A stretch of DNA of 63,355 nucleotides, the filler included, from Octopus bimaculoides (lineage: Eukaryota): NCBI RefSeq assembly GCF_001194135.2. It is 3 parts of 3 records of this genome, joined end to end, with 100 filler letters (N's around TTAATTAATTAA, not from the genome) between each part and the next. Parts side by side here need not be neighbours in the genome. Positions count along the whole stretch, not along the records: positions 18,127 to 49,363 come from NC_068981.1; positions 49,464 to 63,355 come from NC_068983.1; 1 more part is not named here. The stretch is one strand, 5' to 3'. This document shows positions 40,280 through 52,179 of the stretch, in pieces (the first letter of the stretch is position 1; each line of letters begins with the position of its first letter). The notes beneath the pieces are model-generated. The model was not told the origin of the DNA. It saw only the letters and a program-made list of their open reading frames with translations, and searched no databases. A program made the position numbers and the translations under genes.

Positions 40280-40400
40280 ATGGTTCCGGTTCGGTCTCAC
40301 AGCATGGCACCTTGTGCAAGTGTCTTCTACTATAGCCTCGGGCCGACCAAAGCCTTGTCAGTGGATTTGGTAGACGGAAACTGAAAGAAGCCCGTCGTGT
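40280..40400 (+). mobile_element. SINE B fragment
   Basis: gcaagtgtcttctactatagcctcgggccgacc..ggtagacggaaactgaaagaagcc. Other B fragments lie at about 5116-5207, 6465-6610, 50685-50880, 55950-56150 and 57360-57470. Confidence 0.8.
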
Positions 40401-40586
40401 ATATATATATATATATACGTCTATATGAGTTAGAGGTTAACCATCTAAGGGATAATAAACATCCTATATACTACTGGATGTATACCTATGTATTTATATC
40501 CAAGTGCTTACTGTTGTAAGGCAATAACGCAATTGAATAATAGGTATGAGTGGAGGTAAACAAAAGTTTACCCAGAATTTATAAGG

Positions 40587-41234
40587 CAAAGAAGAAAATG
40601 GTGAAGATAATTAGTTGACAAATATCAGCTTACAAACATCAATTATATCTATTTATTAATTACAATCATATGCATAAATAAATCAATAAAAAATAAGAAT
40701 AAATGAGTGAATAAATTTTACTCTTACAGCTGTTTCTACTTTGGTGGGGGGATCCAGCATGCCAAAGTTGACACATCATATCAATATCATACAAGTATAC
40801 TTGTATAATATTGGTATATTCCCCATTAATTTCAAAGAAGCTGTAGTCTCACAACCTCTGGATATTATCTTGGAATTTACTTCTTTACCATTTCTTACTA
40901 TTTTATTATTTTATTATTTCATTTTACTTTTTCACATGTTTCATTCTTACCATTATGGATTCTCTGATGAAGCTTTGGGGCTCAATTATTGTCTAACTTC
41001 TGTCCAACTTTTGTTCAACCTTTGTACAATCTCTGTATAATATTTGTATAATATTGGTATGATGTGTCAACTATGGCAAGCTGGACCTCCAAAGTAGAAA
41101 CAGCTGTAAGAGTAAACTTTTATTCACTCATTTATTTATTTATTTATCCATATGATTGTAATTAATAAATAGATCTAGTTGATGTTTGTAAGCTGATATT
41201 TGTCAACTAATTATCTTCTCTATTTTCTTCTTTG
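40587..41234. mobile_element. Foldback element with about 210-bp arms and a central insert
   Basis: Arms at about 40587-40799 and 41040-41234. Confidence 0.85.
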
Positions 41235-41236
41235 AG

Positions 41237-41572
41237 CAATTTCCACAAATGTCTGACCATTTGAACTGGCTATGCCAGTGCTTGACTACGTCGTATGATG
41301 GTGCATCGTCACCATAAACTTCTTTCGTCTCATCAAAAGCGTTTTGGTGTACGACTTTTCAAGTCTATGAGCCTTATTACTGATCTGCATTCAACTGCCT
41401 CCATTATAACACCATAGTCCACTTCAGCAGCCGCAAAAGACAAACGAATACTAGTGGAAAGCTGCAATTTACAATGTGACATGTAGAGAGATGTATGATT
41501 ATACCTGTACAAGTTCCGTTTCCTGCAATAACCGGAAGTGTGTCAGGATAAATCTTTAATGAACACTCCTCG
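41237..41572 (-). mobile_element. Mariner 5' end (TIR and HTH region)
   Basis: TIR-like cgaggagtgttcattaaag at 41572 and below; ATG at 41404 gives MEAVECRSVIR..KSRTPK/AFDETKEVYGDDAPSYDVVKHWHSQFK with one frameshift; truncated at the foldback element. Confidence 0.8.
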
Positions 41573-41583
41573 TGTGTGTATAT

Positions 41584-41623
<40 letters not shown>

Positions 41624-41702
41624 TTATATATATATGTGTGTATGCATGCATGAATGTATGTATATAGGTATGCATGTATGTATATATGTATGTATGTATG
41701 TA

Positions 41703-41738
<36 letters not shown>

Positions 41739-42449
41739 TGTATGTATGTATGTATCTATGTATGCGTGTATGTATGTATGTATGAGTGAGTTAGTGAAGT
41801 GTTTATACACATCGTTAATAGGGAAAAGGCGAAATTCGAAACGAACTGCAACAACGAAATGCCATGTTCACGTTCGAGTGTGCAGAACGTATTAAAAATA
41901 GATGTACCCATCATAAATATTTATGTGAATGTTTCGCTTTAACGCAACGCCTGGCAAAAGAAAATGTGTCACACCGAAGCCTTCACTAAGGAGACCAGTG
42001 CGGTAAGTGAACCGACTGTAACCTGAAATCAAGACCTCCTTGCTTCCTCTACTACGGAGCTTTGTCAACGTATTTCTATGTTATATAAAACTATTGAATA
42101 GCATAACACTGGTTAAATTTTGAGAATTTTGAAAAGTTATTACAATTCTATGTCGCGTATTGAATAACAAAATTAATAATATAGTTGTAGAGGCATTTAT
42201 TTTGAGAACCATTCTCCACATTGAAATCTGTGAAGAAGATAGACTAACTGCAGATATAGCCACGTACACCAAAAGAATGTACAACGCCTTTGTTTATTGT
42301 TTCGCTCATTGGACTAGAAAATTAACTGTACAAGCTATGTCTATGCACGTATGCACGTATGCGTGTATAGATAGTGTTTGTAAGAATTTTATATCCAGAT
42401 ACAAATACATATACACATAAACACACACATGCAAGCACTCCACTCACAC

Positions 42450-42513
<64 letters not shown>

Positions 42514-42699
42514 NNNNNNNNNNNNNNNNNNNNNNNNNNNNNNNNNNNNATATATATATGTATACATACATATGTACACACACGTGTGTGTGTGTGTGTG
42601 TGTGTGTGTATAGACACGCACTCACCTACTCACATTTAACGGGTGGATGTGGTAGCAGTTTTACGGATGTGTGTTTTTAATAGATAGCTTTTGTTGTTG

Positions 42700-44560
42700 C
42701 TTATTAAAGAATGGCAGAGATAAAGCTAATAAGGTTAAAGCAGTTTATATAGACGTATATATTTGTATCTTTTGTTAATAAATCTGCAAAGAGTTGTTGA
42801 ACTCTTTTTCTTTTAACGATAAGAATATACAATCTTTTACTGGATGTGATTCGGAATTCGAAAATATGTTTTTGTTATATCTATCACCCAATGTCTGGTT
42901 GTACGTTATTTACTTTCAATGAATCTGCGTTCGATATAAATATTGAAAAATTCAGGAGAGATATGTTAAATTTCTTGTGGTTGTTTGAATTCTGGCTTTT
43001 GATAACAAAATATAAGACATGTTTATTCCGGTAATTTTAAATAATGAAACTAGAAACTTAAGGATACTTATCATAAATGGAACGAAATACAGGGAGTTTG
43101 GAAAAATAAATAGAACTAAGTTGGAAGAAATGCCTTTAGGATCTATAGATAATTTCGTTGATAAATCGTGCGAAATATACAAGATAGGCGCAGATGTTTT
43201 TGAGGTTTGGAAATGGAAAGTAAGTAACTTGATTAGAGAAATGATAAGAATGGATTTGGTTAAAGTAAAAGAGTAAGTTCTTTGGAAATGCGAAGTCAAA
43301 GAGTACATAAGTAAGATATATGATAAGTATAGTGTTGTGCCAACGGATAAATAATTTCGTGGTTATATGTAAAAAAAGTACTATTTGATGATGTTACCCA
43401 AAAAGTTGAGAATGAATAGTGATTATAATTTCAGTGGCGATAAGATATATAAAGCGGTGTTAGAGGATAATATATTGATCGATAGTTTAGTTTCTGAAGT
43501 AGGAAAGTCAGACAATAGTATAGTGTAGAGGAGAAAAATAGATGCATTACTAAATCGTTTTGGATTCCGAAAATACATAATATACCGTACAGAAGTAGAT
43601 TTATAGTTAGTGTTTGCAAGAGTACAAAGAGAACTGTTGCATTCTAAGCAAGGTATTTATGTTATTCGAACGGCTTTTGTGAGATATATTGCAATGCAAT
43701 ACAAAACTTCTAGTATAAAATTTGTTGTGGAGTAATAGATCTGAATTCCTGAGTATATTCACTGGCGTAAAGGAAATTAAAACTCATGCATGTGATTGTT
43801 CTACGCTACGTGAAAATTTAGATTTATAACTGAAGGGGGATAAAGATGAAGCAATGGATCTGGTGTTTGTTGAGTAATATGAATGTAAATTGGTTTAAGA
43901 TGGTAAAAATATTTTGTCTAAGGTAACATATAATGGATATATACGAGTTAAACAAGGGATAAGCTGAAAGGAATTAAATTTGTGATTAGTAATGAATGCA
44001 TTTCGATTTCAGATAGTGTTTAACTTAGGAGCATCTCTATGGATTTTAAATGTAGTCCTTCGTTGACTGACATATTCATTATCGTGTGAGTTTAGTTTTC
44101 TTAACAATTTGTGCAAAAAGAAAAAAAACAACCTATCGATTTGATTAAGCAGCGGTGTGGATGTTGTAAGGTACATAGATGATATACTTCGTAAAATTTG
44201 TCCTAGTGATTTGAAAGCGAACCGAAGTGGTTTTGATGTTAAAATGCTATTATTTAGATGTTATGATAGAGAATAGTAATAATATTAATTACTGTTTATA
44301 ATATAAAGAATGGTTTTAATTTTAAAGTGACAGTAATGCCTATGTTTCTAGCTGCATTCCAGATAGTTTGGGTTACAGCTTGTTTTCCAGCCATATAAGT
44401 TACGGTAGAATAAATAATCATTTTGAATTATTTACAGATAAAGTAAACCATCCAATGGAACGAATGACAGGGCTAGGACACCTTAGTAAATTATTAATTA
44501 AATATTTTAATTGTAACTTTCATATACATTGTGATAGTTTGAAAATTTACATTTTATGTT
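42700..44560 (+). mobile_element. Penelope-like element RT relic (a second lineage)
   Basis: IYDKYSVVPTDK (about 43320), FWIPKIHNIPYRSRFI (43558 on), DCSTL (about 43794), RYIDDIL with YIDD at 44172-44183, then YLDVMI..YN...FNFKV; many stops. Confidence 0.8.
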
Positions 44561-44699
44561 AATATATTATAACTCTGAATTTACCTGAATTCCATTAAGT
44601 GCAAATTTTAGCGAGAACTTCATGACCTATGCAAGAAGATATTCTTGCTTTATTTGTCTATTATTATTATTATTATTATTATTAATATAATAAATCAAA

Positions 44700-44880
44700 T
44701 GCATGGTGGTAGTTCTCCCGGCTCTTCACGTTCCGAGTTCAAATTCCGCCGTGGTCGACTTTGCTTTCCATCCTTTCGGGGTCGATAAATTAAGTACCGG
44801 TTACGCACTGGGATCGATGTAATTGACTGGTCCCCTTCCACCAAATATCAGGCATTATACCTATAGCAGAAAGGATTCTT
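44700..44880 (+). mobile_element. SINE A
   Basis: Family A similarity. Confidence 0.8.
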
Positions 44881-45439
44881 ATTATAATAAATAGTCTGTA
44901 TATGACTGGTGATTTGATGTCAAATTTTAAATGGCAAAGTACTTTTGATATAAGTTTTGCAATCGAAGGACGATATTTGATTTAAGGAGGTCTCACCTTT
45001 TGCGGAACATTTGGAATCTCGTTTGCGGATAATACCTGGTTATATAACAAAAGGCCTCAGTCTATTGATGATGGCCAAACATGCGTGTATCTATATATAT
45101 ATATTTAAATCATGTCGTTTGCCAGAATCATGATACCATGTCAAAAATAGCCTATAAGGATATATATATATATATATTTATTTTAATAAATATGCTTTCT
45201 TTTATTTTCGTGTGTCTTACCGTTTGTGTTTCTTTGTATATTAGCATATTTCTGCCCTAAATTTTGACTTAATTCTATTATGTACAAAACCATAGAGAAC
45301 ATTATGTGAATTTCGCACAAGAATATTCAAGCTGTATTTGAAGAATACGCTCATACACACATGCATCAGTGTTTTTTAAATTGGTACAAACAGACGATAG
45401 AATATCGCTTCATTTTCTAATTGCCATGTTATATGTACA

Positions 45440-45745
45440 TATATTTTATTGAGCGAAAACACCTAAAGCTCCACAAGGCTCCGGCAGGGGATGGTGGCGA
45501 ACCCTGCTGTACTCTTCCACCACAACTTTCTCTCACTCTTACGTCCTGTTTCTGTTGTGCCTGTAATTCAAAGGGTCAGCCTTGTCACACTGTGTCACGC
45601 TGAATATCCCCGAGAACTACGTTAAGCGTACACGTGTCTGTGGAGTGCTCAGCCACTTGTACGTTAATTTCACGAGCAGGCTGTTCCGTTGATCGGATCA
45701 ACTGGAACCCTTGACGTCGTAAGCGACGGAGTGCTAACAACAACA
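45440..45745 (+). mobile_element. Probable LINE 3' end sharing its last about 180 bp with SINE C tail type 1
   Basis: 45561-45738 matches 5370-5548; the upstream part is not the SINE head; ends in (AAC)n. Confidence 0.55.
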
Positions 45746-46376
45746 ATGTACATGTATGTATGTATGTGTGTGTGTGTTGGTTAAAACTTTTACTAAGATG
45801 TGGCAGCGACATACTGAAATGAAACGGTTGACCTGATACAGCATTACACTTTCAAATAATCTTGTCGGGAGTTCAAATACACTTTCTCCAACTCTCTATT
45901 TACCGTTCATATCACTTTTAATTTCCTAAACACAAAGTTCTACATTCCAGTATAAAGTTATATGGAAATCTTAATTTTCCATTTATTGCAGAATGTACTA
46001 AAACTCACCTTTTTTTCAGTTCTACATCTATTCGCCCAAACAGACTCGTTCATTTGTCCACCCCATCCTTCCGATCAGAAGCAAACCCCGTTTGCTGTTG
46101 GTTATGCTCTTCAGCTGATACATACTATTTTACACTTGGAGTGGTTTCAACCAAACAGTTGTGACCATGCTAGGAATAAAGAACAAAGAATCTTTTGCCA
46201 ATAACATTTCTCGGTTCATTCTATATTGAAGAGATGAATAGAATCAACTGTTTTCCCTGTGTAACAAAATAAATAAATACATAACTAAAACGCTTGTGAC
46301 GAGTTAGATTGCTGTCGCCTATGAACCGGATTGCGCCAGGATTTATAGATCCACTCTCTCTTTTATTTCTCACCAG

Positions 46377-46576
46377 TGACATTCACACACAGCTTATATG
46401 GCTTTCCTGAATTCTACATTACAGGAAAGACATACTGGAATTATAATTCACGCTCTGGTGAAATTGACTACTCTTACGACAATCTCAACAAATTTAGTTT
46501 TGCGTCAATTCAATTACCAACGTGTTTTCCTGTAAACAAAAAGCGATTTGAACAGTCACAATCTGAAAACCTGTAA
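46377..46576 (+). CDS. Candidate terminal exon of an unidentified gene
   Basis: Strong polypyrimidine acceptor ctctctcttttatttctcaccAG, then a 66-codon frame xTFTHSLYGFPEFYITGKTYWNYNSRSGEIDYSYDNL...ENL* with a faint hemopexin-repeat flavour. No partner exon could be phased. Confidence 0.25.
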
Positions 46577-47051
46577 TATTGAATTACTTTCTAATACAAT
46601 GTCGCAACTAAAGTCGTGTCTTGCTTCTTTCCTTGTCTTTTTAATATAGTCCACCAACAGTATTGTTTCAAACAGCATTTATGTCAAATATGTAGCATGT
46701 TATTAAATAATTTGGAGTTGTGAAGCCATAGTATCGCAGATTCTAATTTCCGAATCACATAAAAGAATTTTCAGTTGAACAACTTTCTTTTTCACTTGAC
46801 GGACATTGTTTTTATATACCACTATCCTTATAATAAATAGCAGTGGATGATAGAATAGGTGGTGCGGCAGAAAAGGTGCCTTGCGATAATTAGTTGTGTC
46901 CATTTTCTGTTCTCAGATTCGAATCTTATTGAGGTTGAGTTCACGTTTCAATCTTTCGGTGTCAATAATATAATATCAGTCATGTACTGGGTCGATATAA
47001 TCTATTATATTCTCCTTCAAAACTATGCTAGAAATTATTATTATAATTATT

Positions 47052-47870
47052 AAGGTGGCGAGTTGACAGAACCGCTAGTACGCCGGACAAAATGCTCAGC
47101 AGCGTTTTTTCCGCCTTTACGTTCTAAGTTCAAATACCGCCGAGATCGACTTTGCATTCAAACTTTCGTAGTCGATGAAATCAGTCAAGCACTGGGATCG
47201 ATGTAATCAACTAGCCCCCTCCCCAAAATTTCAGGCTTTGTGTCTATAAAGGAAAGGATTATTATCATTATTAAGGCGACGATCTAGCAGAATCACTTGT
47301 ACGCCGGAAAAAGTACTTAGCGGCATTTCTTCCGGCTTTACGTTCTAAGTTTAAAATTCCGCCGAGGTCAATTTTGCTTTTATCTTTTCGGAGTCGATGA
47401 AATAAATACCAGTTAAATACTGAGGTCGATTGGCCTCTCATAAAACTTCATGCCTTGTGCCTGTACTAGAAAGGATTGTTATTAAGGATAGTAGATAACA
47501 GAACCAGCACACTGATGGAAAAATTACCTTGAAGTGTTTAGTTAGTCGTAAAACGGCTAAATAAAAACGGTAAGAGTCAACTTAGCGTTTCGCCCCTCCG
47601 AGATTAATAAAATAAATAAACAGTTAAGCAATGAATTCATTTAAATCGATTAACCTACTTCTCTTAAATTTATAGCCTTAAGTTTATGTGAGAAACTTTT
47701 ATTATATTTTCAACAATCCGGCTCTTTACGTTCTTAGTTCAAATTCCACTGAACTCAACTTTGTCATCGACTTTTCGGGATCACTAAAATAGAATACCAG
47801 TCAAGTACTGGGGTCGACGGAACCGACTAATTTCTACCATCATAATTGCTGGTATTATGTCTAAATCAAG
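47052..47870 (+). mobile_element. Cluster of about four head-to-tail SINE A copies
   Basis: Copies start at about 47052, 47272, 47490 and 47715; the later ones are more decayed. Confidence 0.75.
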
Positions 47871-48447
47871 TCATTATTACATTTTCAACAGTAACACAAG
47901 TTCCTACTTCGCCACAAGGTGCGTTATTGCGTTTTGAGGTGTCTTCAGCATTGTCTTTCGAGCATATAGATTTGTGTTTGTATATTTGCAGCAGTTTCAC
48001 TTGGCTCTGGACTTTGGTTTATTGCTTTTGCTATTATTTAAGCACATTTGTCTATTATGTTGAGTATGTGCATTGCGAACTGCATTACTTTATTCTGTGT
48101 TGTATGTATTTCGTATATGTTTTGTGATTGGCATTATGTATTATAGTGTCAGACGGTAACATTGTGATATTCTGTTAAGTTATTGGGTGACATTTAGAGA
48201 ATATGAGTTGTTTGAATTGTTGGTGTTATAGAGTCTAACATCGATTAAATAAGAGTATGTGCTATGTTAGTTTATGAAATGACGCGTGTGTAAATTTACT
48301 ATCATTTTTCAGTAGCTGGTAGAATCGTAAGCGTATCTTAAGCGTAGCTGCATTTCTACCGGTTCATTACGTTCTGAGTTCAAATCTCACAGAGGTCCAC
48401 TTTTCTTTTAATCGTTCCGGGGTCGATAAAACAAAATACCAGTCAAG

Positions 48448-48703
48448 AGAAATGGTGCCAATATGTCGCCCTGGAGTATTCCGACTCTGATATCAAAGAA
48501 ACTCTTATCTCCATCTAGGGACCTAACCTTTGATTTAGTGTTATTATAGAGCGTCATAAGTGCTGCTGTTGTTTCTTCAGGGATGCCGTAGGCCAGTATA
48601 ATCTTTTCCATTTTATCACGGTGGATAGAGTCAAAAGCCTTTGAGAAATCAACAAATAGTAACACTGCTACAAGATTTCCGGCTTTTACTCGTTCTATTA
48701 GCA
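48448..48703 (-). mobile_element. Inverted 5' segment of an RTE LINE insertion (RT core)
   Basis: LIERVKAGNLVAVLLFVDFSKAFDSIHR..GIPEET..VRSLDGD..FDIRVGILQGDILAPFL. Confidence 0.9.
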
Positions 48704-49098
48704 ACAACCTGGACGCTTACCAAAATACCAGAATCCAAGCTCGCTGGAACTTACACCCGAATGTTAAGAGCGGTCTTAAACATATCTTGGAGAACTCAAC
48801 CCACCAAGAAACAGCTGTATAGAAAACTCCTGCATGTTTCCACCATTATAAAGGAAAGGCGCTTGCGCCTTGCGGGACATTGCTGGCGGCTAGCTAAAGA
48901 GGTGGCAAGTGACCTACTGCTATGGATGTCAAATCATAGCCGTACTCGAGCACGTCGTCCGAACACAACGTACATATGTCAACTGACCAGAAACACAAGA
49001 CGTCTCCTTGAAGACCTCAATCTGAACCGAGATGAATGGCGTGTACGAGTTAAAAATATCCGAGCAAGCTCGACCAGATGATGATGTTGATGATGATG
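48704..49098 (+). mobile_element. 3' segment of the same RTE insertion, with (GAT)n tail
   Basis: TWTLTKIPESKLAGTYTRMLRAVLNISW..RRLRLAGHCWR..DEWRVRV; stop at 49079-49081; GAT tail. Confidence 0.9.
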
Positions 49099-49159
49099 AC
49101 CAGTAATGTCCTGGGATCGATGTATCCCCCTTCCCTCAAAATTGCAGGCCTTGTGCCCC

Positions 49160-49363
49160 ATGCAGCGTCATCAACTTTCTCGTCCTTCTATCCAGTGTTG
49201 ATATTTCCTCCCTAGTCCATTTGAGGATGGACGCACTATATCTGACCACCGCAACTGCTCTGATATTCATTGCGGTAATCAAACTTTTGGCATTTAGATT
49301 GGATTTTAACACCATCTTTACCCCTTTTTGATACGCCTCGTTGACGTTGACTTTCATTTCTCT
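49160..49363 (-). mobile_element. R4/Dong-like LINE RT C-terminal fragment
   Basis: VLKSNLNAKSLITAMNIRAVAVVRYSASILKWTREEISTLDRRTRKLMTLHG matches the R4/Dong pattern LKS.LN..N.I.AIN..AV.V+RYS..W...L..LDRKTRK+MT. Confidence 0.8.
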
Positions 49364-49463
49364 NNNNNNNNNNNNNNNNNNNNNNNNNNNNNNNNNNNNN
49401 NNNNNNNTTAATTAATTAANNNNNNNNNNNNNNNNNNNNNNNNNNNNNNNNNNNNNNNNNNNN
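49364..49463. other. Artificial assembly join: 44 N + TTAATTAATTAA + 44 N
   Basis: Linker at 49408-49419. Confidence 0.9.
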
Positions 49464-49583
49464 GAGCAGAATATTTGCTGTAGCCCATCTTTTTATACCA
49501 AGACAAAACAATGTACATGGTAACACTTCCAATCAATTAAGACCAGAAGCCATGAGAGCCACTGCCTGGTACTGTATCAGGGC

Positions 49584-49641
<58 letters not shown>

Positions 49642-49740
49642 TTATGTTTGAATTTTGCTTTACATTTCTATAAGTTGGCTTCAAGTCTCACCCAGAGACC
49701 TCAAGAGATAACAAGTTAGAAGTTCATGCTGGTGTTGTTA
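49464..49740 (-). mobile_element. Probable Dong-like 5' end (49464-49587) and a separate short 3' end (49641-49735), both set in (TAA)n
   Basis: Two non-repetitive blocks bounded by (TAA)n tracts, next to the R4/Dong RT fragment across the gap. Family assignment is from recall and context only. Confidence 0.4.
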
Positions 49741-49859
49741 TTATTATTATCATCATTATTATTATTCCATTACCAACATTAGAACACTAATAAATCTCTC
49801 CAATGTTTAAATATGTTTTCCATAAAAGAAAGTCATGTCAATATTCACTTATCTTATGA

Positions 49860-50030
49860 TGGCGGTGGTGAGCCGGCAGAATCGACTGGCAAAATGCGTA
49901 ACGACCTCTGAGTCCAAATTCCGCCAGGGTCGTCTTTGCCCTTTACTATTTTGGGGGTCAATAAAATAAGTACCAGTTGATGTAATCGACTTACCCTCTC
50001 CCCCCCAAATTGTTGGCCTTGTGCCAAAAT
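49860..50030 (+). mobile_element. SINE A
   Basis: Family A similarity. Confidence 0.75.
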
Positions 50031-50034
50031 CATC

Positions 50035-50330
50035 CTAAATTACCTACTCTTTCTCTCCCTCTTCCCATTCATAAAATCAATAACTTCCGTTTCTTATCTC
50101 TTTCCTTCTCTTCCCCTCCTTTCCTTCACCCTTGCCCTCCCTCCACTTCTCTTTCCCTCCTCCTCTCATCTCCCCCTCCTTTCGTCCTCCTTCCGCTCCT
50201 CCTATCGCTCTTTCTCTCTCCACCGCCTCACCGCTCTCTTTCTCCTTCGTCTCCTCCTGTCTCCCCTATAACCCCTCTTCTTTTCTTCCCTCTCTCTTCC
50301 CCCTCTCCCTTTCTCATCAATACCCTAAGC
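50035..50330. repeat. About 300-bp low-complexity polypyrimidine tract
   Basis: Almost pure C/T on the plus strand. Confidence 0.9.
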
Positions 50331-51218
50331 TCTAAGAGATTTATAACCTATTTATTCTAATGTCTTAATTAAACTAGGAAGGGAAGCTCCCGTGACCCCA
50401 TTTCAGCGTCTTCAAGCTCAGTGCAACTTAAGTAAGTAGTTAGGAAGGTAGAGAGGTTGCGAAGTTGTCCCCGCAACCCCCTTAACACTAACCCCCTCCA
50501 CCACCATTTCTCCAAGTCAAACCCTTTAATTCCGGGATCCATTCCTTTTAAATGGGATTATTTCCTTACTTCTGATCTTTACACTTAGATCCTTCGAGAT
50601 CCAACAGATTTATGATCAAAGACGTTCCAATCGTGATTGTCCTGTCTTTTTTTTTTTAGCAATATTTACGACTACATCATCTTATCTTTAATCTTTTATT
50701 TGTTTCAGTCATTTGACTGTGCCCATGCTGGGGCACCACATTGACGGGTTTTAGTCGAACAAATCGACCCCAGTTCTTATTTTTGAAAATCTAGTGCGTA
50801 TTCCATCGGCCTCTTTTGTCGAGCACCTAGCTTACAGAGTTGTAAACAAACCAGCGTCGGTTGTCAAGCGGTGGACACATACACACACACACACATTTGT
50901 CTACCGTGTCTTGCCTCCTCAACAATCAATAGGGTCGCAGGGGCGCGTCGTAACTTGTGGCAGGGTTTGGGCATCTCAGACGCCTCAAGGTCAACAGGTG
51001 ATTGTTTTCAAGAGAGAGAGAGAGAGAGAGATTGACCTCACCGGGATTCGATCTCAGACAGCCAGACCAAGTTCTGAAAACACTCTGTCCGATGCTCCAA
51101 CGACTCTGCCAGTTCAACAAATATGTATGTATGCATGCATGTATGTATGTATGTATTTGTGTATGTATGTATGTTTATGTGAGTGTGTGTGATTGAGTAT
51201 TTATGTATGCATGTATAA

Positions 51219-51265
<47 letters not shown>

Positions 51266-51558
51266 TCCTTATGTATATTGAGAGAGGGTGTGGTTTATTG
51301 GCCAGAGACTATTTCAGCCAATATTGACCAAGGACAGCTACTCAGTTATTTTCAAGCAGCTACAGACGATTTCAAGAGTCAATTACTCGAATTAACAGAG
51401 AAAATATTAGCATTTAGAAGATAATGCTCTTAGTTTAACTGCTTTGCACTTCCTGTCCCCAGCCTTGAACCTATTCACTTCTGGTGCGTATAGTCCGATC
51501 TGTCCACGAGGCCCTCAGCTTCTGTGCAGTTGCTGATATACTCCATTGAATTTATCCT

Positions 51559-51781
51559 TTAACCCTTTCAACCTGGAAATTTTTCTCAAGTCGGTAATGG
51601 CGGGTGGGCGGGTTTGTACGCATGCCTGCCTTTTGAGCTGTCATTATAGTGTCATACACCCCGATCATATGTCTAGCGCTCCATACTTATCAGAAAAACC
51701 GGAGCGGTACTATACTGCATCACATGACTCGTAAAATGTTTGACTCTTACAAATATGAAGCAGCCGGGCTGAAAGGGTTAA
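51559..51781. mobile_element. piggyBac-type MITE, 215 bp
   Basis: TTAA-CCCTTTCAACC ... GGCTGAAAGGG-TTAA (TIR match 10/11, TTAA TSD). Confidence 0.8.
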
Positions 51782-51944
51782 TGTTAATTACAGAAGCTGT
51801 TGTCAGACATGTGACATTTTCAGCTCCTGAAAAATTTAAGAACATAATCATAAAGACCATTCCCCCGCCCCCCTTTCCTTGTTGCTGAGAGGCTACAATC
51901 AGTGTCCGAGAAACTGGTTGGTGTTCTGTGACTTTATTTATTCC

Positions 51945-52145
51945 TAGTAGAACCTTTAGCGCGTCGAACAAAATGCTAAGCGACATTTCTTCTAGCTCTT
52001 TACGTTCAGAGTTCAAATTTCGCCGAGATCGACTTCGCATTTCATCCTTACGAAGTCGATAACAGTAAATCAGTCAAGTACAGAAGGTGCCGTAATCAAC
52101 TTGCTCCCTCCCCTCGGAATTATTGGCCTGGTATCAAATAAGAAA
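51945..52145 (+). mobile_element. SINE A
   Basis: Family A similarity. Confidence 0.75.
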
Positions 52146-52179
52146 GAATTTATTATCTATGCAGACATATATATATATT

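Larger units (their letters stand above)
48312..49160 (+). mobile_element. SINE A split by the inverted RTE insertion (48312-48447 and 49099-49160)
   Basis: The SINE stops at accagtcaag and resumes after the LINE tail at accagtaatgtcctgggatcg. Confidence 0.8.
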
